Source: Leptogorgia sarmentosa
Lineage: Eukaryota
Length of the DNA: 64,000 bases
Reading direction: 5' to 3'
NCBI GenBank assembly: GCA_964658305.1
Contig: OZ210885.1
Location: forward strand, 17,298,001-17,362,000
Shown: positions 27,601 through 40,037 of the stretch, one piece after another
How the letters are laid out: each line of letters starts with the position of its first letter
Position numbering within the stretch: position 1 is the first letter of the stretch
The notes under the pieces: generated by a model
Seen by the model: the letters and a program-made list of their open reading frames with translations, nothing else
Told to the model about the DNA's origin: nothing
Databases searched by the model: none
Translations under genes and position numbers: made by a program

Positions 27601-30535
27601 TTAAGAGCTGTTGTCATGCATTAAACATTTTAGGATAATTCAGAGTGACCAGACACACTGAGCAGGTTGTTTCTTGGAGCAAGAGGAGAAACTGCGCGAG
27701 AAAAGGTCATCAAGAGCGGAGTTGGCGTTACTATTCCAAAATCTCCTGTCCTCAAGAATGGAAAGACAATGCAAAATATCACTACAAAATTTCTGCATGA
27801 TTCTACATCTGGGAATATTGTGCGCTCGAATGCCCTTTTATGTTTGTTGTTAATTTTAAATAGATTTTAAAATACTTTAATAAATTGACCCGCCATATAG
27901 ATGTGTGTATTGTGTATTACAATAATAAAATTGGAGTACTACAAGTGAAGTTCGATGTATCATTACTCATGCAGGTTCCTGCCGAAATTACTTCAATTCA
28001 AGTTGTAGTAAAATATTGCCCATCTTTGGTAGAAGTGTAAAATTTACCCCATTTGGTAAGAGAGTAAAACTTACCCCAATTTTTGTGCGGGTAAAAATTA
28101 CCCCATTTCATTTGGGGGTAAAAATTACCCTTTTTATAGGGGGGTAAAAATTACTCTTTGTGCAAAATTACTCTCAAAACCCGGGGCATTCATTGGACAT
28201 GAAATTTACCCCACTTTTTAGAGTAATTTTTACTCCCCCAGTTTTACAGTGCAATTACAGTCAAGGAGGTTAAGTATAGGAAAATCAAGTCTATTGACAC
28301 TACAACCTTGCGTGATCTGGCTGAAACATCTTTGTGTGTTGATCTTTCTCCTGGTGTAGAAAGCCTTCGTCTTCATGAACTTGATTATCTTGCTGATAAC
28401 TATAACATGACTTTGTCTCAACTTATTGAGTTGCATGCTCCACTGAAGACAAAGATTATTGTGTCCAGACCTACTGTACCATGGTATAATGAAGAGATAC
28501 ATAGAGCCAAACGCTTGCGCAGAAAGGCTGAAAGAAAATGGAGAAAGACCAAACAGGATATGGACTTTCAGTTATTTAAGAGAATGAGGAATAAGGTGAC
28601 CTATCTTTTGAACAAAGCAAAACGTACATTTACCCTTGTTTTTTATGAGAACAGCAGTGACTAAAAACGATTATTTCATGCCTCTAAAAGGTTGCTAGGA
28701 TATAGCGATACTGTCTCATTTCCAGATTATGAGGACAAGATTTTACGGACAAGACTTTGGGAGTTTTTTTACGCAAAAGATATCTAGGATTCGTGACCAG
28801 ATAGATTCTACAGATATAGCTGATAAGGCTGTAATTCCTGAAGACCCCTCTGTTGATGATACATGTGTACTCTCTGAGTTTCAGCCTCTATCTCATGATG
28901 ACATTCGAGCTATTATACAAAAATCATCCAAGAAATCCTGTGGTCTTGATCCGATGTCAACGAAGCTTGTTGTACAATCTCTTGAACAGTTGCTACCAGT
29001 TATTGCTGAAATGGTAAATTCATCTTTACTATCTGGTTACTTCCCCAAAACATGGAGAGACGTATTAGTTGACCCATGTTACAAAAAAGCTGGTATAAAT
29101 GATTTTAATAATCTGCGTCCGGTTTGTAATCTGCAGTATGTATCAAAGTTGACAGAGCGTGTGGTATTCGATCAGCTACATGCTCATTTAACTTGTCACA
29201 AATTGTATCCAACACTGCAGTCAGCGTATAGACACGGACATAGCACTGAAACAGCATTGCTTAAGATACACAATGATATATTAATGGTTATGGATCGTCA
29301 GCATGTTGTCTTGGTTTTATTACTTGATCTCAGTGCTGCTTTCGATACGGTGGACCATTCTGTCTTGCTGTTGCGTATTAGCACAAGCTTTGGGATAAGA
29401 GGAACTTCTCAGCGTGTTTCATTGGATGGTAATTTCTCGCAAGCTTTCCCATTGAAGCAAGGTGTTCCCCAAGGGTCATGTCTTGCTCCTTTATTATTCA
29501 CATTGTACGCTAGCAAGTTGTCTGAAATTGTTAAGAGACACTTGCCTGAAGCTCATGCCAATGCAGACGACACAGATTTGTATGTAGCATTCAAGCCGGA
29601 CACTGCTGCAAATGCTGAGAGTGCTTTTGCTGCTGTGGAACTTTGTGTGCAGGATATACGAGCCTGGATGTTATGTGACAAACTCAAGATTAATGATGGA
29701 AAAACGGATCTCATCCTGATTGGTACCAGGCAACAGCTTTTGAAAGTACATGTGAACTCCCTTGCCGTTGGTGATTTGCGGGTATCCTCTGTTACGTCAG
29801 TCAAGAACCTTGGCACTTGGATGGATAGCAATCTAAATCTTCACATCAATATTAACAATACATGTAAAGCTGCGTACTACCATTTGACGAATATAAGGCG
29901 TATCAGGAAGTATCTTGATGAGAATGCGGCACAAAAGTTGATTCATGCGTAAATAGTAGGGCGCATTGATTATTGCAATGGCATTTTATGGTCTACCAGT
30001 TACACAAATAATAAAGTTGCAGCGCTTGCAAAATGCTGCTGCTAGATTAGTTCTTAATATCCCTAAGTATAATCATATTTCTCCTGCTTTATGCACACTT
30101 CATTGGTTACCAGTAAAGTTTAGAATACAATTTAAGATCGCAGTTATTACATTTAAAACAATTCATGGATTTGCTCCTTATCTAAGAGAGCTTGTTGGTC
30201 TTCAGGAATTCAAAGGATATAATCTTAGATCAAATAACAATGGATTGTGCTTACAACCGCCAAGAGCTAGAACAAAAAAGACATTAGGTGATCATGCTTT
30301 TTTGACAGCAGCACCTAAAATCTGGAATGAACTGCCGTATGATGTGCGAAATGAAAGAAGTTATTCAAAATTTAAAAGTTTGCTGAAGACACATTATTTC
30401 AGATTAGCTTTTTATATATTCAGCATTTTAATCACATATTTTTAACACTGTAATTTAATTTATTTAGGTTCTTAGGCGCATTTGATCATATACAAATGGA
30501 TATTTGCTCAATATAAATAATAAATTATTATTATT
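24655..30535 (+). mobile_element. 5'-truncated L2-clade LINE (APE endonuclease and RT), interrupted by an EnSpm element
   Basis: IIYHPPY, GDMNI, HILDLVITR; LLDLSAAFDTVDH, GVPQGSCLAPLLF, ADDTDLY; LHWLPVKFRIQFKI, FKSLLKTHYF; AATAAA plus (TTA)n tail; AAAA on both flanks. Confidence 0.9.
25080..28251. mobile_element. Non-autonomous EnSpm/CACTA element, 3172 bp, 2-bp TSD CA
   Basis: TIRs CACTGTAAAACT...AGTTTTACAGTG; arrays of AATTACCCC/GGGGTAA motifs at both ends; removal restores L2 frame KPP|ITVKEVKYRKIK. Confidence 0.9.
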
Positions 30536-32136
30536 AAAACTAACATCCAGGAAAATGATTTCAGTGTCCAAGGGAAAACCATGCCAGCTCTTAACGATCA
30601 TGAGCACTACAGATACTTAGGCATTCCAATTGGTATGACCCATAACATAGACAACCTAGACAAATTAGTTGCTGACCTCACTGCCGACCTAGAATGTATT
30701 CAATCTCCTCTACTGGCACCACGGCAAAATTAGATGCAATACGAACATTTATCCAAGAATGTTTGACATTCGCCTATGATCTGGTGAACCAATGAAGTCT
30801 TCTCCACAGAACTATCGCAAAAAAAATCGAGGTTGTACGCTCCATCTTAAACCTACCAACACGTGCTACTTCCCATATAATATCTGCATCCCGTAAAGTC
30901 GGTGGACTAGCATTTCAAGACCCTATGGTTCAAGTAGACATCCAAACTGTGGTCCAAGGGATTAAAATGCTATCATCTTCTGACCCAAAGGTGTCATTCA
31001 TAGCAAGATCTGAACTCTGGGCATCTGTCAGATTCGCCACACGCGAGAACCCCTCTCCTCCTCTCACCAAAGACTTCCTTTCTGGCTCAACAAGCTGCAA
31101 ATTACATCCCAACAACCGCTTAGGGTATCGCACTCATTCCCTATGGACCCGTACTAGATCTGCCTGCCGACGTTTAAATATCTCATTCTCGGTCCCCAAC
31201 AATGACGAACCTGTTATCTCAACAAAGTCCAGTGGTCCTTGTCGAGCAAAAGCGGCATGTTCCTTCCTCCATGAACTAACACAAGAACGTGCAACAAAGA
31301 AACTGTTAGATCTACCGGACCAAGGTAAAGCAATGGGTCATCGTGGATGTTCACCGGGTCAAAACATGAAATTTAAAGACTGGTGCTTTATACATCGTGC
31401 CCAAATGAACGTCGTCCCAACCAACAAAAATAAATCCAAATGGAGCGACGAATTCTATGCCAATCCACAGATGAAACCCTTCTCCACATGCTATGCCACT
31501 GCAAACAAAATATGATCCTAATACGCAATCGACATGACAAAATCGTTGAGAGGTTACGTAAAGCCCACCGCTTTGGTGACTTAAGAATTGACAATCAAAT
31601 TCCAGGCTTAAACGATGCTTGTCGGGCATTTGGCAGGAGATGTATATAATGACATATTCAGTGCGGATGACCGACTACGAATGATACTTGCATAGTAAGT
31701 CTTGTGTAGCTCGCTGGTTCGCTTGCTAACAAAGCAGCATCTTTGTTCATGAGATTTAGGTCGCGGTCACACTTGCGCTAGAACCGTGCTTGCTTGAGCT
31801 TAATCCACTTGAATCTGTCAACACATCGCCTTCCAAGCGCGCTTGATAGTGTGACCGCGCAAAGTCCAAAATCCAAGCGTGCTTGTAAACTGACACGATT
31901 TGCTTGAAATTTCAAAGGCGCCGCAGCACAATCCAAGCGCACTATCGAGGTTGTTTTGACTGTGCTAGAATGCATAAGTCAAGTGGATTTAGTATTTTAG
32001 CCAATAGAATTTTCACCTTCATTAGGCAGATATGTCAGTAATTACAGAGACAGAAGCGCTATTTTCAAAACATTGCATATTTACAATCGCGCACGAAGCA
32101 CTGGCAGTAAAGTGAATTTTCTCAATATTAGTAAAA

Positions 32137-32790
32137 ATGTCACAGACAAACTCAAATGCGTTTAATAATGGAAATGACATGAATTACGTAAACTATTTTC
32201 CTTTGGCGAATCCTGTTGCTCAATCTACGCAAAATCCGAGATGGATGTTTGCCCAAGCACCACCAGCGCCATTTTACCAATACGCTGCTCATCCACCACC
32301 CCGTTCACAGCAACAAACTGTACCTGTTCCAACTGCGTCTGGTTCAGGATCTAACAGTTCATCTCCCAGTTCGAACGACCACGGTGTTTCCCAATGTAGG
32401 GCATCTTCTACGGCTGTGACCTCAAAGAAAGACCAAAATGGCGCCAAATCCAAGTGGAGTGAAACACAATCCAGTGTGCTAGTGAGCGAATGGAAAGAAA
32501 AAATCGATGAAGTGGAGAGTGCAAGGGCTACAGAGACATGGCATAAAATTGCCGAAGAAGTGAACAAAGTCGGAAGCCCCAAGACAATCAAGCAATGCAA
32601 GGACAAATTACGGAATCTGAAACAATCCTACAAGGAAGCGAAGGGAAATAATAATAAGATTGGACGACCACTTCAAACCAGTCCCTTCTACGACTCGTTT
32701 GACAAGGTTCTTGGTACAAGAGCTGTTGTAACAATGCCCGGCGTGATTCAGTGTGGACAACAACAGCCTGAAGAGTCGTCTCTAGAGTAG
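32137..32790 (+). CDS. Myb/SANT (trihelix) DNA-binding protein of the Harbinger element
   Basis: KWSETQSSVLVSEW...WHKIAEEVN...KTIKQCKDKLRNLKQSYK...PFYDSFDKVLG. Confidence 0.85.
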   Translation: MSQTNSNAFNNGNDMNYVNYFPLANPVAQSTQNPRWMFAQAPPAPFYQYAAHPPPRSQQQTVPVPTASGSGSNSSSPSSNDHGVSQCRASSTAVTSKKDQNGAKSKWSETQSSVLVSEWKEKIDEVESARATETWHKIAEEVNKVGSPKTIKQCKDKLRNLKQSYKEAKGNNNKIGRPLQTSPFYDSFDKVLGTRAVVTMPGVIQCGQQQPEESSLE

Positions 32791-32968
32791 TCTCGTATAT
32801 TGCTCAAATTTTTGTGCATGTATTAATAAAGACTTCACGGGTAAAATTAATGATTATGTCTACATAAATATAGTCAAGATAAGCTTTGTTCAATTGACAA
32901 GTGAATACGTTCTGCTGCTACATTTTGAGCAATATTCTCTTGTTGTCTGGTTGCTATATATTCCCTGT

Positions 32969-34116
32969 CTATACAAATAAAATTTCCTCGTCGTCGAACT
33001 CTTCACCAGCCTCTTGGCAGAAGTTATGGAATATGCAGCATGTTAATATAACATCTGGGATGTTTTCAAACCGGTTGTCCACCTTTTTCAGAAGAATTCT
33101 CCACCTTGCTTTTAGAATCCTAAAAGCCCGTTCAACCGTAGATCTAGCGGAGGAAAGAGTCCTGTTATACCTGCGTTGAGAGCGATTGAGAATAGCATTA
33201 TTGGGGTACGGTTTCATTAACCAAGGAAGCAAAGGGTATGCTCCGTCCCCGAGCAGGAGAGGTCTTATTTGGAGCCCATTGACTGTGGCCAGTGGTTCGG
33301 CTAAAATATCACCGTTCTGAGCCTTTTGAAATATGCCACTAGATCGTACGACTCTTGCGTCATGCATGCTGCCTGGATAGCCAATTGTGGTGTCCAGAAA
33401 TGTTAAGTTTTTTCCAACTACTGCTTGCAAGATAACACTATATCGATGATGCCTATCAAAATAATCAAAGGGTTCCTTTGGTGCAATGATCTCAATATGT
33501 GTGCCATCTATTGCTCCTATAGCATGTGGAAATCTACAGTCATATTGAAATAATGCCAATGCTCGCGTTGTTTCATCATAGCCTGCAGGGAATTTTATGT
33601 GATTTCTTGATAATCTATTCAAAGCTTGACAAAATTCCTTTGTTATGTTCACACAAGTGGACTTCCCAACATCAAAATGAGCAGCAATCGCCCGGAAACT
33701 CGAACCAACTGCCAGACACCACAATGCAATGGCAACTCGCTTATGTGCTGGTATGGCATCTCGAAAATACGTATTTCTCTTTAGGATTTCTGATGTCACA
33801 AGCTCTACCAGCTGTAAAAATATTTCTTTGCGCATGCAAAAGTGTGTTCGTTGTCTCCAAATATCACCTCAAACCACCCGAGTTGCGGTCTTGGAATCGT
33901 CCAGTTCTGTCGCTGGTTCGTTTGACCAACAATTCTAGCCATAGCCAGTATAGCTAAAGTGATGGTTTGAATGAACTGAAGGTACATTATATTTTGCTGC
34001 ATTCTTTGAAGTATGAGAGACAAATGCCTTCTTCTTCGCACGATAGATCTGCGCCTTGCTGAGGCGCGCAATCGTTGATATTTATAAAAAAACAAAAGTA
34101 AATCAGTGTTCTCCAT
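32969..34116 (-). pseudogene. Harbinger (HARBI1-like, DDE_Tnp_4) transposase with a frameshift near 33840
   Basis: AIGAIDGTHI, PGSMHDARV, LLGDGAYPL, ARSTVERAF; N-terminal part in a different frame (33805-34116). Confidence 0.9.
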
Positions 34117-34466
34117 CTTGCCTACGAAATCTCAAGAATTTGTTTTAACGCGCGTGTTACGAATCTGTCAACAGCAATGATCAAGCACGCAATGCTTTTG
34201 CATATGTGACCGAGCGTGCTTGCTTGACATTCTAGCGCAAGCTTGGCCATAATCCAAGCAAGCACACTAATCCGTTGCTAATCCTCTAGCACAAGCGTGA
34301 CCGCGACCTTACATTCATTGATTTTTTCGTAAACTTGTATTGAATATGGTCGAGAATTCCAAGAGATCGATCGACAGACAAAACGGCATCGACAAACTGA
34401 TCCCCATGCATTCGTTCCACAATCATTCCTTGCAGTTGCAGTGTAAATCGTATACGACCTGAGGTC

Positions 34467-34512
34467 ATACTTCCCTGACGCAAGAGGCACCTTGATCAAC
34501 TAGGAGGTCCTG
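34467..34512 (+). ncRNA. U1: U1 snRNA 5' fragment (about 45 nt), truncated, directly upstream of a Tx1 element
   Basis: ATACTTCCCTGACGCAAGAGGCACCTTGATCAACTAGGAGGTCCT resembles the U1 5' end ATACTTACCTG followed by stem-loop I with the TGATCA loop; the rest of U1 is absent. Confidence 0.65.
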
Positions 34513-34514
34513 AG

Positions 34515-37500
34515 ATGACCGGTGAAGCATGTTCCTGCTGATGTAGTGTCTGGATGCAGTGGTGATGCTGGACGTAGCGTATCGGATGTACTTCGTGGAA
34601 ATGCTGTTCCTCTCCTGACTTTCCTCTCGGGAGGACGTGTCCCAAGGCCGAATACTGTTGTTTTACATACGCGAGCCTTTAAAAACATTACTGTTCGTGA
34701 GGTGATGGAAGCTATTCTAAAGCATACAGCACTGGAGACAATTAAATGCTGCAGCAAGTTCAAGGTCTGCGGTATCGACTCACGTTTCAAACATACGAGG
34801 CTAAGCAGCTATTTTTAAACCATCCTATTCTGCTCAAGGGAGAGCGGATTATTGCTCAACAGATTGATGCCCCAAAGTTGCAGGTTAAAGTATTCTTCGT
34901 TCCGAAAGAAATAACAAACCTAGCTGTGGCGGAATCGTTGACGAAGTATGGCAAGGTTGTCAATGTGGACCGTGAGATGTATGCTGATTGGGCTGTTGTG
35001 GAATCAGGGGAGAGAATGGATTTAGTTGAAGGTATACCTTGGCGTTTCTACATTGGTCTCTACCCGGTCGAGACGTGTTATTGTGGCCAAGTTCCTCAAT
35101 GCGGGCGATGTGGCATGTTTGGTCATCGAGTTGCTACTTGTATTGACGAAGTCAAGTGTTTTCAGTGTGGGAAAGACGGACACGTCCGCCGGCAATGTTT
35201 CAAGTGTTTTCTCTGTGGTGACTTTGGTCATGTAAGGGCCAAGTGCCCCAAGAATCATTCAGTTCCTCGGGATACTGAAATGGTCGATGACAATGAGCAA
35301 TGTGACTCAGCGGCTAATGATTCATGTGAGTCGGCGGCAAATGAACCACCACTAAGCAGCAACAGTGATTCATCCGAGAGTAAAAATGTGCAAATGGGTG
35401 ATGTATCTAGTGATGAGGACTCACTCTTCTTGTCCCGCGGACCCCCAAAGGTCGATGCAACAGTTGCAATGGAACACAACAGGCGAAAGGCGGATACAGA
35501 ATTGCCATTGCCTGAGGAAGTGCCGGAGGACGATAGGCATCTGGTTGCGAGGAGACGCATCATCATGGGTGGGGATTTCAATTGTATGTTCGACTTGGAC
35601 AAAGACAAACTCAGAGGAAATTCGATGTTGGGTAGTACAAGTGTTCCCCATTTAAGGAAATTAATGACCAGATTTGGTCTCGTTGACATGTGGCGGAAAC
35701 AGCATGCAAATGATCGACAGTTTTCTTTAGTTTTTATTTGGAACCATCAAATGTTGTTTGGACAAGTTTTATGTCACATCTTCTCTTTTAAAAGACTTTC
35801 TTGTGGACAGTGAAATTATAGCGTACCCATATTCTGAGCATGATTTGGTTCGGGTCTCGTTAAATGTGGTTCAGTTAAGCAATAATGGGTCCTGTGGTAT
35901 GGAAATTAAATGTGTCCTTGCTCAATGAGCATTGGGTGCGGGAGAAAGTGGTAACGTTTTGGTGTGAATGGCAAAATAAGAAACAGTTTTTCTGCAACAT
36001 CAGCAAATGGTGGGATACGGGGAAATATCGTCTTAAATCGATACTGATGTGATGTGGAAGGGCGATGTCTTGGAGGAAGACACAAGAACATGCACAATTA
36101 TTAAATACTTATCATCGTTTACTCGCTTGTTCCCCTTTGTCTTCCATGGATGCTGAAGAACTGGAAAATTCAAATTGCAATTGATGACTTTAGATTATCA
36201 GCATATTCGTGGAAACCAACTACATAGCAAGGCAAAGTGGATTGAAGCCAACGAACAGCCTTCGAGATTCTTTTTTAAAAAAGAACTTCAGCAGGCAGCC
36301 AAGAAAACTGGTCAGGCGTTGCGTATGCAAGATGGACACACAGTAACTGATCAAGCCGGCATCATGGCAGAACAAGAGCGTTTCTATAAAGAATTGTATT
36401 CGAAAGTGCCAACAGACAGTGAAGCACAAGATTGTTTGTTGAACCTGCTCGATCGGAAGTTGACAGAGGAACAACGTGATTTGTGCAAAGGTCTTGTCAC
36501 TGAGGCCAAATGCTATGTCGCTTTGAAGTCTTTATCTGCAGGTAAAACCCCAGGATCCGATGGTCAGCCTAAAGAATTCTATGTTACGTTTTGGGACATT
36601 TTGAAGCAGGATTTTGTCAAGATGGTGAATGAATGTGACACCATGGGCATTATGCCGGAGTTCTTGTGTCAGGCATTTATATCTCTGCTCTATAAGAAAG
36701 ATGACCCTGAGCTTCTCAAGAACTGGCGCACAATCTCGCTGTTAAATGTAGATTACAAAATCTTCACAAAAGTGTTGCTACAATGCTCATGTGCGTGGTG
36801 GTTCACCCAGAGCAGTGTTGTGCCATGGTGGGGCGGTTGAGCGAAGATAATGCCTTCCTTCTATGCAATATTTGTGACTACATAGATGTTCGTGAACGAG
36901 CTGTATGTGCCTTTATATCGATCGATCAAGCAAAAGCATTTGATAGTGTTGACTGGGAGTTTTTGGATAGGGTATTGTCAACGATGAACTTTGGTTCAAA
37001 GTTTCGTTCAATCGTCAAATGCCGTTATAATAACATTCAAAGTGTCATTCTGTCCAATGATATCCTTCCGAGTTTTTCGATGTGGAGCGTGGTGTGCGCC
37101 AGGGGTTCCCTCTTTCCTCGCTCCTGTTTGTGTTGGTTGCTGAAGTCTTTGGACAGGCAATTCGCAAAGGCCCAGAGGTGGAAGGGTTACGTCTTCCTGG
37201 TGGTAAAGAAGTGAAAATTTCGCAGTATGCTGACGACAACACATGCGTAGTTACTAATACGTATGGCCTCTTCAAAGTTATTGACATCTTTAACGAATGT
37301 GGTCAGGCGTCTGGGGCATGGTTGAATACATCCAAATCCAAAGGGCTTTGGTTGGGTCGCTGGCATTCTCGGACAGATTCTCCATGCGGTCTGACGTCGG
37401 TGAATACATCCTTGAAGATCGTTGGGCTTCATTTTGGTTTAGACGATGCTAAGATTGCTTCATCGAAGGATGTTTCTGCGAAATTCTCTGGTGTAATTAA

Positions 37501-38040
37501 GAAATGGGAGTCCAGATTCTTGACATTACGTGGCAAAGCAACGGTTCTGAACAGTTTAGTTGCGTCAACACTTTGGCATGTGGTGAAGGTATACCCGCCG
37601 TCTCGTGAAATGATGGACTCTGTTCCTGGCCAAATTTGGAAATTTGTGTGGTCTAGAAAACCAGAACTCGTATCATCAACATTTATTGTCCCATGTAGTT
37701 GTTTAATCATATTCATGCAACGGTTGCGTGTCTCTCCGGGAGGCAATTGTTTTTTGGAGGTTTTTTGAAGAAAGGAACAAGAGATCTGTTGAGGTACTTG
37801 ATTAGTGTGGGGAAATTTTCAGCGTGGAAAGAACAGGATCAGTTCAAGAAAGACAGAAAAATTAACTGTTTGTTTTACTTTAAAAACAGTGTATTTTAAT
37901 GTTGGAACAATTTGAGTGTAAGTGGTGCATAAAGAGTGTTTTAGCACGTGTAACAGCAGACAGTGTTACTATTTATATCTAGGATAGTGACATTATGCAG
38001 TGACATTTGCTTAGTTGAACGTTCGTGATGTTATCGCATG
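34515..38040 (+). mobile_element. Tx1-clade (L1 group) non-LTR retrotransposon, decayed, with internal deletions
   Basis: ORF1 with three CCHC knuckles (CGRCGMFGHRVATC, CFQCGKDGHVRRQC, CFLCGDFGHVRAKC); ORF2 IIMGGDFNC, KTPGSDG, NWRTISLLNVDYKI, DQAKAFDSVDW, GVRQGFPLS, QYADD. Confidence 0.9.
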
Positions 38041-38069
38041 TTAAAATAGGTCGTAATTTAAGTGTGTCA

Positions 38070-39875
38070 ATATGTGTTGACTCATGGCGTGTATGGCAGC
38101 CTTGGCTCCTGCGCTGTGTCCAGCACAAACCTGTAAAGGACCAGGCGCTTCTTCGATTTCCTCCTTCAGGAAAGTGGTAACAGTTTTTCCAATTATGCGT
38201 CTTAAAACTTCTCCAATTCTGATTGGTCGGATTCCTGGGTTCTTGTGTAATGGAATAAGCCTACAGGATGTGTAGCCTTCTATTAGCAATGGGTTATAAC
38301 TCGTCTTCAGCAAATTTCTGGTGAGAATTGCAATTTCTTCTCTCATGATCTTGCCCTCGGTTTTGAAATTCTTCGAGCACAGGATTCTACGATACATCTC
38401 AGCATCCATTCCAGACGGGCCTGCAGAACCTTTCGTTCTCATGGCAGCGTCATAGATCATTTGTTCGTCAATTAAATAGAAAACATTCGGCAGAATGTAA
38501 TCGATTGGACCAAAAGAGACTTTCGTCTTCAATTCTGGAGGCCGGCAGGTGCTTCTCTTTCAGGCTTTCTAGAACTTCAGGTGATAAATTCAGTAGACCT
38601 GATGAACTCTCCTTATCCAATAATTTGATCGCTGCTGATACTTTGCCGTGCAAAACCAATCACACGAAAAGCTTGGGGATGTCCTCAAAGGATCTAGCCT
38701 TCGTTGAATTTACGAATTTTCCCTGTATGAATCTCACTTCTTTCATCAGTGAGTCTAAATCCCCTTGTTTCCATAAGGATAATCAGTGTATTATGGCTAC
38801 ACTGTGCTCTTTACTTTTAGAAGTAGCTGAGAGCTTTTGCAAAATCAATGAGGGAAGCACCATGAAAGCTTCTAAAGCGACCGAGTCTAAAACTGAGTTT
38901 GAATTGAACTGCTTAATCCAGAGTGTTATCTCTTCAATAAAACTCTTCCCCGAGCGACCTGATGGTATATTAAAAATGTTTCTCCAAAAATGAACGACCT
39001 CGTCGTATATGCCATTAATAAGTTTAAAGAAACTTTCGTAACTAATATCCCCCCACATTTTTGTCTTTATTTCAGTTGGCAGCACATCAAAACTGGGCAA
39101 GTCTGGCTTAATTTCGGAGGATATAACTTTCTCTTGATCACCTTCATAAGTTGTGTGACTATGTTCGGCCGCTAAATTCTTCTCCATTGAAATTGTATTC
39201 TTCTCCATTGAAATTGTATGCAAATCAGAATTCAAAGCCCATGAATTTGCATTTCGGCTTAGCCGGTCGCTCGTGTTTTGATTTTTGCCTTCATAATTTT
39301 GTACCCAACTAGACACATTAAACATTTCTTGCGTTCTTTCCAGATTTCCCTCATCAATTTACCTCCCTCCTGTATCTACTGACTTTTCGCCAGACATTCT
39401 TGCGTTCTTTCTAATCTTGCGGCCTGATCTCTTAAATAACGACTCTCAAACTCAAGGTGTCCATATCCTTTGTCGTCCCATAGCTCTTTCATCACTTCAG
39501 TATAGCCCTTCTTCCTGCCGTTTTCATTACGTGGTGTTCATCATTTTGCGATGATGTTAAATGATTTGCTTTTCTTTTACATTTAAGAACGTCATTCTTC
39601 ATTTGCTCTGTCCATTTGTAAACTTTCTTCGGTTTGTTCGACATGGCAATTCAACAGACACAACTTAACTGCATTAAATGGCGAACTCAGTATTCGATAA
39701 ATACTCACATACAATTCTGCTGTTCTGTTCTCCAGCAATTTAAGGCTCCAAGCCTGCCGGAACACAACTCACAAGAACACTAGCAGTTAGGTATGCAGTA
39801 AAATATCCAATACTTGCAATTAATAACATTAATTGAAATTAGATTCAAGGAGCTTGAAATACACGTCTGTCATCG
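38070..39875 (-). mobile_element. CRE-clade (R2 group) non-LTR retrotransposon, 5' half, 3'-truncated
   Basis: GSAGPSGMDA; CRLIPLHKNPGIRPIRIGEVLRRIIGK; GPLQVCAGHSAGAKAAIHAM; N-terminal MKELWDDKGY...LRDQAARLE segment. Confidence 0.8.
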
Positions 39876-39953
39876 CTGTGTGCGAGAACGTTTGCGACTC
39901 GCGATTTCGCAGCCGGGGCTGCTAATGGCGGTGCGAAGGGGGACCACGTTTTT

Positions 39954-39968
39954 TCACCTTGCTTTTCT
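39954..39968 (+). promoter_or_regulatory. Candidate snRNA proximal sequence element (PSE)
   Basis: TCACCTTGCTTTTC starts 50 bp upstream of the U2 +1; the TCACC core and position resemble metazoan PSEs. Confidence 0.35.
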
Positions 39969-40003
39969 CACTTAAACGATGGTCTGGAAATTGCGAAGAA
40001 GGC

Positions 40004-40037
40004 ATCGTTTATCAGCCTTTTGGCTAAGATCAAGTGT
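40004..40037 (+). ncRNA. U2: U2 snRNA 5' fragment (nt 1-34), truncated
   Basis: ATCGTTTATCAGCCTTTTGGCTAAGATCAAGTGT matches canonical U2 ATCGCTTCTCGGCCTTTTGGCTAAGATCAAGTGT at 31/34 positions. Confidence 0.9.

Larger units (their letters stand above)
22870..31620 (+). mobile_element. R2-group non-LTR retrotransposon (NeSL/Utopia-like), decayed, split by an L2 insertion
   Basis: APGSDKV; HKKGDTADVSNFRPIA; EGCYEH; WLDLKNTFG; GVKKGCPLSPILFN; AYADDLVL; then after 30540 YRYLG, FIHRAQMN, CQSTDETLLHMLCHC...RHDKIVERL (CCHC before an RLE nuclease, truncated before the PD motif). Confidence 0.8.
31759..34308. mobile_element. PIF/Harbinger DNA transposon with both ends, TSD TTA
   Basis: TIRs GGTCGCGGTCACACTTGCGCTAGA / TCTAGCACAAGCGTGACCGCGACC flanked by TTA; Myb/SANT gene and DDE transposase in convergent orientation. 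Confidence 0.95.

Noticed and set aside
34401..34414. PSE for the U1 fragment (TCCCCATGCATTCG)
   Set aside because: Weak resemblance to the U2 candidate and different spacing (-66 versus -50); not supportable without other copies.
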